Source: Macrostomum lignano (lineage: Eukaryota). Taken from it: a stretch of 64,000 bases of DNA. The stretch's first letter is position 1; every line of letters starts with the position of its first letter. Positions 49,301 to 62,719 of this stretch are shown here, one piece after another. The DNA is taken from contig NIVC01001743.1 of NCBI GenBank assembly GCA_002269645.1, positions 1-64,000 on the forward strand. Reading direction: 5' to 3'. The notes beneath the pieces are model-generated. The model did no database searches. It was not told where the DNA came from and saw only the letters and a list, made by a program, of their open reading frames with translations. The translations under genes were made by a program, and so were the position numbers.

Positions 49301-52300
49301 GCATCTTATAATATTATTAGTTATTTTTAATATTTAACATTTGGTAAGTGAAACAACTAGGCCCCATTATATTTTTATAGATAAAAAGAATGGCAAATAA
49401 AATTAAACCAGCAGCACACAAAACAATCATCAACCAAATTTAGATTTATTTCAAAATAACCAAATTTCAAATAGCAAGCAATTTTGAATTTTCCTAGTGG
49501 CCACTATTAAATGATATAGCTATCATTTCTCTAGCTATTTTGTTAAGAACTTATTTATTTCAAAATAAGTTGAATGTCTAATAGTTTCTTTTATTTTCTT
49601 TTTTCTCATATATCATATTTTTTCAATTTTATATTTAGACAAAATCATAGTATTTCACAATGCAAATTTATTCATAATATGAAAATAGTTTATAATCCCA
49701 AAACTTTAGCCATTGCCATTTTCTAATAGATTTATTTATTGCCTTTTTTATGAGCTTATTTATTGCTATCTTTATCTTAGCAACTACAACAATATTAATA
49801 TAGATTATGTCTGATGTATACCAAAAATATTTGGCTAAATTGCAAAATTTATGTCAAAAATTTTAATGTAGGCCAACAATATAGGCCTAAGCCTTGATTT
49901 AGTAAATCTAATATTAATTTAAGTAAATAATTGGCTTAAAAGTATAAAGAAAGGAATCAATATTTAATTAAAAATTAGCATATATTATAATATAAGTTCA
50001 AATATTTTTTTAATTAATATAATAACTAATTTGTTGTTATTTTAATATATTATTTATTCAAATAAGGTTTTAAAAGTTTTACTAATTTTATCCTATTTGA
50101 TAATTCTCACTTAATTAGGAAAATGCACTTTTAAAATTGAGTTAGGTAATAATAAGGAGTTATAAAACTTTGTATCTTGAATGTTCAAAAAGTTTATAAT
50201 ATATATGACTTAGTAAGTACTAATATCATTTTTTCTAATAATTGTTCTTACAAAAATTTTTATAATAATTTTTTTATCCAACCTAACTAACCAAAAGTAA
50301 TTAGCCCCCTTATAAGAAAATGCCTTTCCATAGCAGATTAAAAAAGTGATATTCATAGTGATACAAAAATTATTTTTTGTATCAAAATCAAAATTGAAAT
50401 TAAAATTAAAATTGATTTTTTGAGCTAAAAAGTTTTGAATTTTGCTGATTATGCAAAAAATTAACTTATATGCTTGTTTTTTTAAATATTTTAGTGTTTG
50501 AACCTAAATACTTGAAATTATTTACCTAAAAATTATGAAATAGAAAAAGCTAGTGCTTATAGATACTTAGAATAGAAGGTATATTATAATTCACCATTTT
50601 TTGAAACTGGAAATCTTAATATATCAATTTCATTAAGGCTTTAAAAGTCTAGCCAATTAAAATCTATGCCAATGAGTTCAGCTGGTGGGCTTCTGTGGAG
50701 ATTGAGATAGGTGCAGCACAAGGCCTAAAACAATGTGTGTGCCTATATACGAGCCTTTTTTACCTTCCCACTTTATTTGAATTGCACTTTTTTTCACTTT
50801 CTATAGATTTTCCTATTCATATAACTTGGTCATAAATGCCTTATTGTTAAAATTTATCTATAATTTTGAAATAAGTTTTAATGAATAGTATTAAAATTTA
50901 AAATTTAAATTGAAATTATTTTTAATTATAAATTGAAATTAGGTTCAAAACTCAAAATATTGAAATTGAAATCAAATTTTAATCCATCACAAAAAAACTT
51001 GGTCAAGGTAGAAAATCAGCTTATCCTTGTTCCTTCCTTGCTCATAGCTCATTTCAATAGCTTTATAAGTAAAAGTATTGCTAGCAACTTAAAAAATAAT
51101 AATAAGCATATTATATATATATTGTTTTAGGCTGACTATAGATATTCTAGGCTGAATTCTTCAAAATATTGCATTGCAAATATTGCAGATATATTCATTT
51201 ATCTATGTCTAATAGTTTACAATTATTATAGAAGACTAATTACTTTGAAACTAAATTATATCATTTTTAGCTTTTTATCCCATATTTATTGATTCAAAAT
51301 AAGTCTAATAAAGCTAGAATAGCTAAAACTTCTATAACAATAGCTGATAAATTGTAAGAATAGCTGTTAAATTTAGTCTTAGATGTAAAGTATGTTTATA
51401 AGACTATAAAAATATTTTTTAAATAAAATAGTTACATAGTTTACATAGCTAGATATACTGCCTTGAGGCACTTTCTTAGATTTAATGCAAAAAAGTAAAA
51501 TTTTGTTTAAGTATTGCTTATCAATTTTGTTTTAACAAGACTTTTCAATTAATAATAGTTTGAATCAGAGGTCAAAAGCAAAATTTTTGTATCAAAGATT
51601 TTGATACAAAGTTTATTATCTTTTTTCACAACTTGTTTCTAAACATAATAATTTTTCTAGTCTTTTAAAGTAATTTTGATGATATTATACACAATATATT
51701 TTAAATATTTATACAGTATAAAAGTTATAGAAATCAAAACCTAAATCTAAATTGAAAAGTTTTTTAAGAAATGAAAATAAGGCCTATTGCAAAGTAGGCT
51801 ATAGCAAAAGCCTCATCAACCAACAAACTTACTTTTGCTTTTCATCAGACATGCAACTTTATCACAAGGCCTATTGCATTTTTTAACAAAGAAAAATGGA
51901 ACTTTTTTGTATAAATAATAAAAAAGCATGAGTTTTTTAGGTTGTCACATTAAATGACTTTAAGTTAACTGATTTTTAAAAAATGGTATATGGTATATGA
52001 AAAAATATACAACAAATTGTGGTTATAAATGAAAATTTTAGATGATTAGACCAAATACAATTAACAATCCCATTATTAAAACTGATATAGCAATGATGGG
52101 GTAAAAGCTAATTTTACTTGTAAAGTTGAATTTTCCACATACAATTAATTTTCTAGCTACTTTTGTGTTGTTACGAGTAGATGGTAAAGAGTGCTGCAGG
52201 CTAGACTTGGTGTTGTGTGCCAGATCTGACCTGTAGGCTGGAGTTTGCCAACCTCTGATCTAGATTAATTTTTCTAACAAACATTTCTAGGATGGTAGTA

Positions 52301-53297
52301 TCTTTATAAAATATGATTCATATAGCCAACTTTTCCTATTGCTTTATTCAATTTTCTTAAAATATCCTCTTCAAAGGGATGTATTTGGTATATAATACTT
52401 AATTATTAATTTATGTAGGCTGTTTTGACCATTTATTTTAAGCTTGCTAGATTGGTAACTTGTTTTTTTATCAAATGTTTTTTTAAAAGCTTTCTAAATG
52501 CAAGATTTTGTGTTCTGTTTAGGGATAATCAACTTGTAATGTTTCTTCAATTTGGATATTTTGTTTGCATTTCAAACAAGATTTCATTTGTTTTCTATGT
52601 TATATTTCAATAGTTTTCAATTTTGTATAAGTACTTAAGGCTTTTTAGTGATTGAATTTTTCTATTGTTCATTAAAATTTCTATACATAGAGCCTACTAG
52701 GTTGTATATAATAGGGATATGTTAAATATGTCATAATTTAAGCACAAAAATTGTCTTCCCATGTGCTTTTTTATTCTAAAGCAGCTTTATTTAAAGCTTA
52801 TTATGTAAATAGCACATCTTAATCAATATTGCTAGCCTCCTTTTAAGGGGCTTTAAAAGTTGATATTTTTGGTTTCTTGGTTCCTATAATATGTATATCC
52901 TTAATCTTTGTTTTTTTTAGTCTGATAATGTACCTAACATATATAGCAAATGCCATAAATCATACTTGCTATAAATTTGTATCTGAATAGACATGTTTCA
53001 GTTTCACTAATAGAGGGGGCATAACTTCTTGCTTTGTGAGTTAACTTGAAATTGACATTAAAAACTAAATTACCAGTCCCCATTTTTAGTTTTTTAGCTT
53101 TGGATTTCTGGCAAAAATAGACTCATTGGAAAGTAGAAAATCGCATCTTTTATTTGACTTGAATTTATTTTATAATTTTTGACACACCTCGTAATTATTG
53201 ATGATACAATCGGGGTCGTTGTAAAGCCTGTGTGAGTCTGTGTGCAAATTCATGCAAATATAATGTAGTCTCATTGGCTAATAACTCTAACCATTGC

Positions 53298-56200
53298 ATG
53301 GCACTGCACATGGACTCGCGGAAACAGGAGCTGCTGGAAGCCCGTTTCCAAGGCTCCTCAGCTGGTTCCGCTTCTCTGCCAGCCGCCAACTCAGCTTCCG
53401 CAGCGGCAGCAGCAGCAACAGCAGCAACAGCCGCCCCCATAACCTCCGGTGTCGGCCGTAACGGCGCCTTCTCGCAGTCCTCCTCCCAGTCTTCGTCTGT
53501 CAACCCGGATGCTTCCCTGTCGAACCCGCCGCCTCAGCCGCCGCAGTCAACAGCCGCTGCGGTGACAACTTCGGCGCCACCTGTGGCCTCCCTAGCCAAT
53601 AGCAACAGTCAGAGCCTGCAGGAGGCGGCCGGCACCACCGCCACGGTGTCCACCGCAACCGCTGCCAGGACTCCTGGCAAGCCGCGAAAGCGTCGAGCTC
53701 CAGACGGAGGCGTCGGAGGCGGCAGCGGCAGCGGCGGCGGCGGCGGCGGTAGCAGCGTTTCAACAGCCGGAGGAATTCGCCGAATTGACGAGTTCTATTC
53801 GGCCAACAAGCCTTTGGTGTCGCTTCCGCCCCCGCCTCCGCCCCCGCCTCCGCCCCATTGTCGGCGCCTACTGGTGTGAGTAAAGCTGCGCAACTATTGA
53901 CTCAGTCTGCCCAGCAGCAGCAGCAAGCCGGCAGCACCAACAACTCAGAAGAAGACAACAACAGCAACAGTGGAAGCCGAAGCAGCGACGGTGGCCTGTT
54001 AAGCTCGGGCAACACCGGAGGCGGAAGCGCAAAACGACCTCCGGGCAAGCGAAAGAAACTTCAGCAACAGCAGCAGCAGACACCGGCAACCACTGCTTCG
54101 TCTGCTGCTTCCGCAAATCTTTCAAAGCCGACGATTTCGGGCGCCGACAATGAGAAACTTTCCCCGCCTCAGCAGCTGCCGCAGGTCGGGAGTTCGAGTC
54201 CCACTCCAATGCTAGTCGACTATCGCAACAACAGCGGCAGCGACAGTTGCAGTCAGCACGACGCGGCAGCCGCTCTGCTGTACAACCAGCTGCAGCAGCA
54301 GTCTTCTTCAGCAGCTGTGCAGCAGGAGCAGTCGCTAGGCGGATCCTCCAGCCAGCTCCAGACGGGTGCAGCCACAGGACAGCAACAACAGCAGTCAGAG
54401 CAGCTGACAGCGCTGTTAAAGGCTCGCGAGCAGCTGGAGCGTCAGGTGGCCAATCAGCACAAGCTGATTGAAACCCTGCGGGAGAATCAGGAGCGCGGCC
54501 GAGAGGTGCTGCGAGCTCTGCTAGCCGAGAAGTCGCGTCAAGAGCGTCGGGCAGTGCGCGACCGGTGTCGGGAGAACCGCCTGCGGCTGGGACAGTTCCA
54601 GATTGTTCGGCACGGCTCCGACCTGCTGGACAAATGGTTCGACGGCTTCGCCTTCGAGGAGGCGCATCGTCGTAGGCAGGAGATTGAGCACGGCAAGGAG
54701 CGCATTGAGAAGGAGCGGCGGCTGTGGATGAAGCGGAAGCCGGCCGCTGGCGGTACCACCACAAAGTCGGCATCGTCAAGGTTAGTGGCCTGATTATCCC
54801 AACTGTAAACTGGGATAATTATCCTAACTGTAAACTGGGATAATTATCCTAACTTTAAACTGGGATAATTATCCTAACTGTAAACTGGGATAATTATCCT
54901 AACTGTAAACTGGGATAATTATCCTAACTGTAAACTGGGATAATTATCCTAACTGTAAACTGGGATAATTATTCCAACTGTAAACTGGGATAACTATCCT
55001 AACTGTAAACTGGGATAATTATACCAACTGTAAACTGGCCTAATTATCCCAACTGTAAACTGGCCTGATTATCCCATCTGTAAACTGGCATAATCTGTAT
55101 GGCCCAACTGTAAACTGGCCTGATTATCCCATCTGTAAACTGGCATAATTATCCCTACTGTAAATTGGCCTAATTATCGCATCTGTAAACTGGTCCAATT
55201 ATCCCATCTGTAAACAGGGATAATTATCCCATTTGCAAACTGCCCCCGTATTAATATTCGTTTTTATTAGTCTCCAAAAATACGATATTTAGCTCTGATC
55301 CCATCGAAGTCCCGCAACTTCGCGGCAGAATTGAAGGTCACCCCCTCCCCACCCTGGCAAACCCACAGGTCCACCTCCTCCGCCGGCAAGCACTCCGAAG
55401 TGGACGCAGACGAGTTCTTCACCCAGTTGGAAATCTACGATATTCAACGCCAGGCGCTGGTCAAAGACGAGAAAGATCTGCGCGATGAAGTTGAAAAACT
55501 GGATAGAGAGCGAAATGTGCACATCCGGGAGATGAAGCGGATACAGAATGAGGACAGCAGCCGGTTCAAGGGCAACCAGGAGTTGCACGATCGATACATG
55601 CTGCTGTCCCTGCTGGGCAAGGGCGGCTTCTCCGAGGTCTGTGTGCTTAGAATATCCCTAATTATCTACCCAATTATATCTCTAATTATCTACCCAATTA
55701 TACCCCTAATTTTCTGCCCAATTATATATTTAATTGTCTACCTAATTATGTCCCTAATTGTCTACCTAATTATATCTTTAATTGTCTGCCTAATTATATC
55801 CCTAATTGTGTACCCAATTATACCCCTAATTTTCTGCCCAATTATATCCCTAATTGTCTGCCCAATTATATCCCTAATTGTCTGCCCAATTATTTATACC
55901 TAATTGTCTACCCAATTATATCGGTGATTGCCTGCCCAATTATAATTTTTCTGTAATTGTCCACCCAATTATATCCCTAATTGTCTGCCCAATTATATCC
56001 CTAATTGTCTGCCCAATTATTTATACCTAATTGTCTACCCAATTATATCGGTGATTGCCTGCCCAATTATAATTTTTCTCTAATTGTCCACCCAATTATC
56101 TCCCTAATTGTCCACTCAATCCGCAGGTGCACAAAGCCTACGACATGACTGAGCACAGATTCGTCGCATGCAAAATCCACCAGCTGAGCCCGTCTTGGCC

Positions 56201-59200
56201 CAAGGAGAAGAAAGACAATTACATTCGGCACGCTGTTCGAGAGATTGAAATTCACAAAACTTTACAGCACCCAAGAATTGTGAAAGTCTACGATGTGTTC
56301 GATATTGATAGCGACTGCTTCTGCACTGTGCTGGAGTATTCCAAGGGCTGCGATTTGGACTTTTATCTTAAACAGAACAAAAGCCTGCCGGAAAGAGAGG
56401 CCCGGAATGTAATTTGTCAGGTATGTTTGAGCTTTGGTTCAATTGAATCTCTTTTGTTGTTACTACCTTTGGTTGCTATGGAGATTGGCATTGTTTTATG
56501 ATGGGTGTAAATCTTTGGTTGCTATGGAGATTGATTGTTTCATGATTGGTGTAAATCTTTGGTTGCTATGGAGATTGGCTTTGTTTTATGATTGGTGTAA
56601 ATCTTTCGTTGCTATGGAGATTGGCATTGTTTTATGATTGGTGTAAATCTTTCGTTGCTATGGAGATTGGTAATGTTTTATGATTGGTGTAAATCTTTGG
56701 TTGCTATGGAGACTGGCCTTGTTTTATGATGGGTGTAAATCTTTGGTTGCCATGGAGATTGATTGTTTTATGATGGGTGTAAATCTTTCGTTGCTATGGA
56801 GATTGGCCTTGTTTTATGATGGTTATAAATCTTTGGTTGCTATGGGGATGGGTAATGTTTAATGATAGGTGTAGATCTTTCGTTGCTATGGAGATTGATT
56901 GTTTTATGATTGGTGTAAATCTTTGGTTGCTATGGGGATTGGCAATGTTTTATGATGGGTGTAAATCTTTGGTTGCTATGGAGATTAGCATTGTTTTATG
57001 ATTGGTGTAAATCTTTCGTTACTATGCGGATTAGTAATCTTTTATGATGGGTGTAAATCTTTCGTTGCTATGGAGATAGGCTTTGTTTTATGATGGGTGT
57101 AAATCTTTGGTTGCTATGGAGATTGGTAATTTTTTATGATTGGTGTAAATCTTTCGTTGCTATGCGGATTAGTAATGTTTTATGATGGTTGTAAATCTTT
57201 GGTTGCTATGGAGATAGGCTTTGTTTTATGATGGGTGTAAATCTTTCGTTGCTATGCGGATTAGTAATGTTTTATGATTGGTGTAAATCTTTCGTTGCTA
57301 TGGAGATTGATTGTTTTATGATGGGTGTAAATCTTTCGTTGCTATGGCCAGGAAGTGCATGATCAGGTGCAGGTGTACTTATTACTTGGGAACTACTAGC
57401 CTTGGGAACTACTAGCCTTGGGAACTACTATTAATCGATAGTTGCTATGATAGCAAAACCTAACTAAGTACAACTACATTAATTGAACTGCTGCCAGGTG
57501 GTCAGCGCGCTCAAGTACCTGAACCAGCGCCGGCCGCCAGTCATTCACTACGACCTGAAGCCCGGCAACATTCTGTTAGGCGAAGGCGACTCAGTTGCCG
57601 ACATCAAGCTGACGGACTTCGGCCTGAGCAAAGTGATGACAGAGGACAAGTTTCAGGCGGACTCTGGAATGGACCTCACTAGTCAGGGTGCCGGCACCTA
57701 CTGGTACCTGCCGCCTGAGTGCTTTGAGACCGGGCCAGAGGCACCAAAAATTTCTAGCAAGGTACCGCGTTGAGCTTTACTTTGTTTTAGCCCACTAACC
57801 TGAACTTTTGGAGAGTAGTCACTCTGACTGGCTCTGCTTATTTTTACAATAGCGATTTAGATTGGGGTTTAGGAATTTAGAACTAGCAATCTAGTGCTTC
57901 TCTTTGGGGCACCCAATAAGCAAGGAGCAAAAATTACATTTTCTTAAGAAATAATTCCTTCTTCACTTTTATAAATCACCTTAATTCGAGTACAATTGTC
58001 ACGGACAGAGATGCTTGCTATGAATCTCGTGCTTATAAAAGTAACTGAAGGACGCAACAAAATAAAGCCCTCATAAAGATAAAAGGCTTCCCCCTAAATC
58101 GAAAGCATTCCCCAGACAGCAAGCATCCACCCAGACAGCAAGCATCCCCCAGATAGCAAGCATCCACCTAGATAGCAAGCATCCACCCAGACAGCAAGCA
58201 TCCCCCAGACAGCAAGCATTCCCCAGACAGCAAGCATTCCCCAGACAGCAAGCATCCCCCAGATAGCAAGCATCCACCCAGATAGCAAGCATCCCCCAGA
58301 TAGCAAGCATCCACCTAGATAGCAAGCATCCACCCAGATAGCAAGCATCCCCCAGACAGCAAGCATTCCCCAGACAGCAAGCATCCCCCAGATAGCAAGC
58401 ATCCACCTAGATAGCAAGCATCCCCCAGATAGCAAGCATCCCCCAGATAGCAAGCATCCACCCAGATAGCAAGCATCCCCCAGACAGCAAGCATCCCCAG
58501 ATAGCAAGCATCCCTCAGACAGCAAGCATCCCCCAGACAGCAAGCATCCCCCAGACAGCAAGCATCCCCAGATAGCAAGCATCCCTCAGACAGCAAGCAT
58601 CCCCCAGACAGCAAGCATCCCCCAGACAGCAAGCATCCCCCAGACAGCAAGCATCCCCCAGACAGCAAGCATCCCCCAGATAGCAAGCATCCCCCAGATA
58701 GCAAGCATTCCCCAGACAGCAAGCATCCCCCAGACAGCAAGCATTCCCCAGATAGCAAGCATCCCCCCCCCCAGCTAGCAAGCATCCCCGCCAGATAGCA
58801 AGCATCCCTCAGATAACAAGCATCCCCCAGATAGCAAGCATCCCTCAGATAGCAGGCATCCCTCAGATAGCAGGCATCCCCAGATAGCAAGCATCCCCAG
58901 ATAGCAAGCATCTCTCAGATAGCAGGCATCCCCAGCAAGCATCCCCCAGACAGCAAGCAGTTTAGGTTCGGGTTAGGGTTAGGGTTAGACTTTACTGTCA
59001 AATTATTGTATATTTTCACTCAGTTGTCTTTCCTGCCTTAGTCCCAAATCCCAGATCCCTCGCCACGTACTCAAAGCCTCTCTTACATTAAAATATGTAA
59101 TAAAAAATCCTCAACCAGGTGGACGTGTGGAGCGTTGGCGTCATTTTCTACCAGTGCCTCTACGGCCAGAAGCCGTTCGGTAACAACATGACCCAGGCCG

Positions 59201-59499
59201 ACATCCTGCGCAACCACACCATACTGAAGGCGTTAAAAATCGATTTCCCCCAATCAACGCCCGGCAACTGCAAGGTGTCCGAGCCGGCCAAGAACTTCAT
59301 CCGCCGGTGCGTCACCTACGACAAGCGCCTACGCCCCGATGTGTTCCAACTGGCCGAGGACGAGTATCTGAAGTCGAAGGCGCAATTGAAATTCGACACC
59401 ACTACGGCGGCCTACTCGCCAGCTGAAGTTGGCAGCGGCGGCGGCGGCAGCGGCGGCAGCAGCGCCTGGGGTCTCATGCCCCCGCCTGGGCCAGTCTGA
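53298..59499 (+). CDS. TLK: Tousled-like Ser/Thr kinase; exons 53298-54780 (1-nt frameshift at ~53855), 55369-55636, 56127-56420, 57498-57761, 59119-59499
   Basis: N-terminal [12 protein letters not shown], coiled coils RLRLGQF and [25 protein letters not shown], and kinase motifs [42 protein letters not shown]. Introns are phase-consistent. The start codon is uncertain. Confidence 0.93.
54790..55240. repeat. 25-bp intronic minisatellite TGGGATAATTATCCTAACTGTAAAC
   Basis: Directly visible in a TLK intron. Confidence 0.95.
55655..56110. repeat. ~24-bp intronic minisatellite CCTAATTGTCTGCCCAATTATATC
   Basis: Directly visible in a TLK intron. Confidence 0.92.
56465..57346. repeat. 45-46-bp intronic minisatellite TGATTGGTGTAAATCTTTGGTTGCTATGGAGATTGGC..
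   Basis: Directly visible in a TLK intron. Confidence 0.95.
57883..58960 (-). mobile_element. 3' fragment of the same non-autonomous Helitron family (subfamily B end) in a TLK intron
   Basis: The reverse complement ends GCACTAGATTGCTAG|T and shares GAGATTCATAGCAA and AAGGTGATTT..AAAAGTGA with units 3 and 5. It carries the 18-bp GGGGGATGCTTGCTATCT satellite, and its hairpin is degraded. Confidence 0.85.
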
Positions 59500-59689
59500 T
59501 GACCCCGGCCCCCCTTCCATCGATCCTTCATCATTCCTCTATGAGTTGAGCCTCTCCTGCGTTGTATAATCAATCTGATTGTTGAATTGCGGTTGCAGAA
59601 AATTTGTCGCCCAGGCTGTTTTGAGTTGCTGGCGATAATTGCAATTCTGCCTACTCTTTAACTCTTATTGAAGAGCTATCTTGGTCTGC

Positions 59690-59990
59690 CTTGACCCAGG
59701 CTGACCCAGATTGATGAAACATGACCTATATTGACCCAGGCTGACCCAGATTGATGAAACATGACCCATATTGACCCGGGCTGACCCACATTGACCCAGA
59801 CTGACCCAGATTGGTGAAAAATGATCTATATTGACCCAGGCTGACCCATATTGATGAAACCTGACCCATATTGACCAAGGCTGACCCAGATGGATGAAAC
59901 CTGACCCTTATTGACCCAGGCTGACCCATATTGACCCATTCTGACCCATATTGACCCAATCTGACCCATTTTGACCCAAACTGATTCTCT
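59690..59990. repeat. TGACCC-based 10/40-bp minisatellite downstream of the TLK stop
   Basis: Directly visible (TGACCCAGGC/TGACCCATAT/TGATGAAACC). Confidence 0.9.
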
Positions 59991-62719
59991 ATTAACTGAC
60001 CCACTTTATTACATTCTGCCCCACGTTGACCCGCCTGACCCATCGGATTCTAATCTGGTCTACCCTGCCTACCTTCGCTAATCTAAATTAGTTAAATAAT
60101 ATTATGTATAATATTGCCATGAATCGCTTTGTGCTTGCTTTTATATTACTGTTAGTAGATTCACAAGCAAAGCAAATTGTTGTTTGTTGTTGTTGGTATT
60201 TTATATTATTTCCAGTCTCAATATGTGCGGTTCAAGAAGTTCCTGTTGCTTTAAATAAAATTAGTGTTCAAATTAATCAATTACTTCTTCTCTCCATCAC
60301 TCCGGAGATCCTTGAATTGAAATATTGTAATAATATGTGTTCGTTCCCGTCTGTTTCTGCTTAACTCTCCGCGTGTCCTTGTGTCTTTCCGCCCTCGACA
60401 CTTTCTGCATTATTTATAAGCTTATTGTATCGCCTACCTACTGAATATACTACTTATAAATTTACTAACTAGTTTACTTTCCAATAAAGTATCAGTAGTG
60501 TATTATAAGTGAGTGAATGATTATTCATGGTTATAAAATTCATCGCTTATTTAATTTAATTTGGCGCCACAATTCCCAAGCGCTGCTTAACAAATAATGG
60601 ACAATTTGAACTCGAGTGCCGTTGCTTTTATTAACAATATTGCTATGTAATTGGCAATAGCATACGTTCTTCTGCGCTTTAAGCCTAGATGCTTCTTTTA
60701 TTGTTGTCGTTGTTTCTGCTAAACTGTTGTTAAATACTTTGACAGCTCCCTCTTAGATATTTAATTAATATTCAAAGTTCGAAGCTGCCCCCACCTACCA
60801 TTGTTCCCGTGCCCGAGTCTGTTGAGTTGCTCTTTTCACGCTAAGTGTTTTTACGACGCTATTTAATTATGTTCATCATATCCCAACCGCACTACTTGTG
60901 TATACTTGTTCAGTTAGTAGCAAGTAGCGAAACACAATTTAGATTGCGCAAAGCGGCACAAATCGGGCACACAGTTAGCAAGTCTAAATACGCCTAAATT
61001 GGTCTGTCTAGTTTGTTTTAATTTGCTCTTTCTCTTGCTATCTTGTGTTTCATGCGAGTGCGCGAAGCTTTTTAATGTAATAATAATTTGGCTATTTTTT
61101 AATTGCGTACTTTTATTTTGCTGCTTTATCGAGGTCAGGCCACTTTGCTGCATATAAAAATATTTCTACCGTACTACTTATATTATACTACTACTATTTT
61201 CACAAACGTGATCCGACATATTTTATTGCCCAACGTATTCTTGTGCGAGCATAGCAAAATATTTTTATTTATTAATATAGGTCGCGCTTCGCTCGCCTTG
61301 GAGAGAATTATTGCAAAAATACTAGTAATAGTTATTTAATTGGAACATTTCCTGTGTTTCTCTTTTGCCGATTTCAAATGTGTACAGCGGCCTCAAAATT
61401 GTAATTCTGTTTAAACTGCCCATCTGTCTTATAATTTCCTTATGTGTCTGTCTGCCCTCTTTGCTTCTTGAGCTAAATATTATACATATATATACATGCA
61501 AATCTATTATCTGAGTGTTCTGCGTCAATTTCGTTCCCGATTTATTTTGTATTTGATCAGCTTCTGTGAGACAGCAATGTCTCTTTTTATAGTCTATTGT
61601 GTCACTTGTTGTGTCTCAACAATTCGTTTACTTATTCGTAACTAGAATAAGAAATCAAACTTACATAATTGCTTGGCGGAGACCCTTAACTGGTAGAAAG
61701 CACAGTGTGCCCTTTTCCCACCTCCTTTATACCGCGTGCGTATGCTATAACGCAAAATTCATCTCATGATAAATCAATTTTCTATCATCAATGTTCGCTG
61801 CTCTTATCATATGTCGGTCATTGTTGAATGTTAAAAAAGTAATAAATTTGAAGATGTGCACGGCAATTTTGCGACGACCGAATTTAGCTGCGTAAAAATT
61901 CTAATTTAGAAAATTTGCAAAATAATCGGATAATTGTTTCTATTTCGTTGTCTTTTTTGCCTGTATAATGGATAAAAATATTACGCTCGTACTAGACGTA
62001 AATTGGTTTTTCAAAAAATCTACCATTCTGGAAAAGGGCATTATGCGATATATGCGTCTACATGTAGTTTGAGCTTGGGTTCAAATCAGTTGCAACAAGT
62101 GTTGTCCTATTATGCAACTTTTCGGATCTATTGCAATCGATTTCAAGCAAGTCCAGAGCGGTATTTTCGTTATTAAATTTATTACGCTTCTTCAGAAAAA
62201 AAGTCTTATATAACAGTCTGACTTTTCAGCTTTGCCTCTTCTATTACCAAGCTTGGATAGCCTAAAATAAAACAACTCGCTTTATAATTAAAATCACCTG
62301 TTTGGTAGTTGTCAATTTTGTAACGATTTTTGTCCGTAATTTTTGCCGTAAAAATAAATGTTAAAACAAATTATCACAAACGCAAACAGACAATTTAACA
62401 CGAGACGTAAAAACCTTACAAGGTATCTTTGAAAAATTAATATCTGAAATTTCTTTATGCAATAAGACTTATTGACAAACCTAATGATAATTAATTATAC
62501 ACGATATTTCGAAGCTGGTTTCATTTCCAATTTCTCTTTTTTGTAAATATTTTAATAGAACCGTCTCAGCTAATTGTAATTGTTTTATGTTAAAGTAATT
62601 TAAATCTAAAAATATCATTAGGAATGAAAGTGTGATTAAAAAAGAATTAGTCTTTATGCATGTTTTCCCTAATATTTTGTCAGTAAAGAAGGCTTAATGT
62701 ACCATTTTTCAGATTTAAA

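Noticed and set aside
52238-52260. GGAGTTTGCCAACCTCTG resembling a hAT TIR
   Set aside because: No partner TIR or TSD could be found by eye.
53868-54779. 303-aa antisense ORF over TLK exon 1, and similar antisense ORFs over gag/pol and Rep/Hel
   Set aside because: These are shadow ORFs of GC-rich coding sequence with no recognisable motifs.
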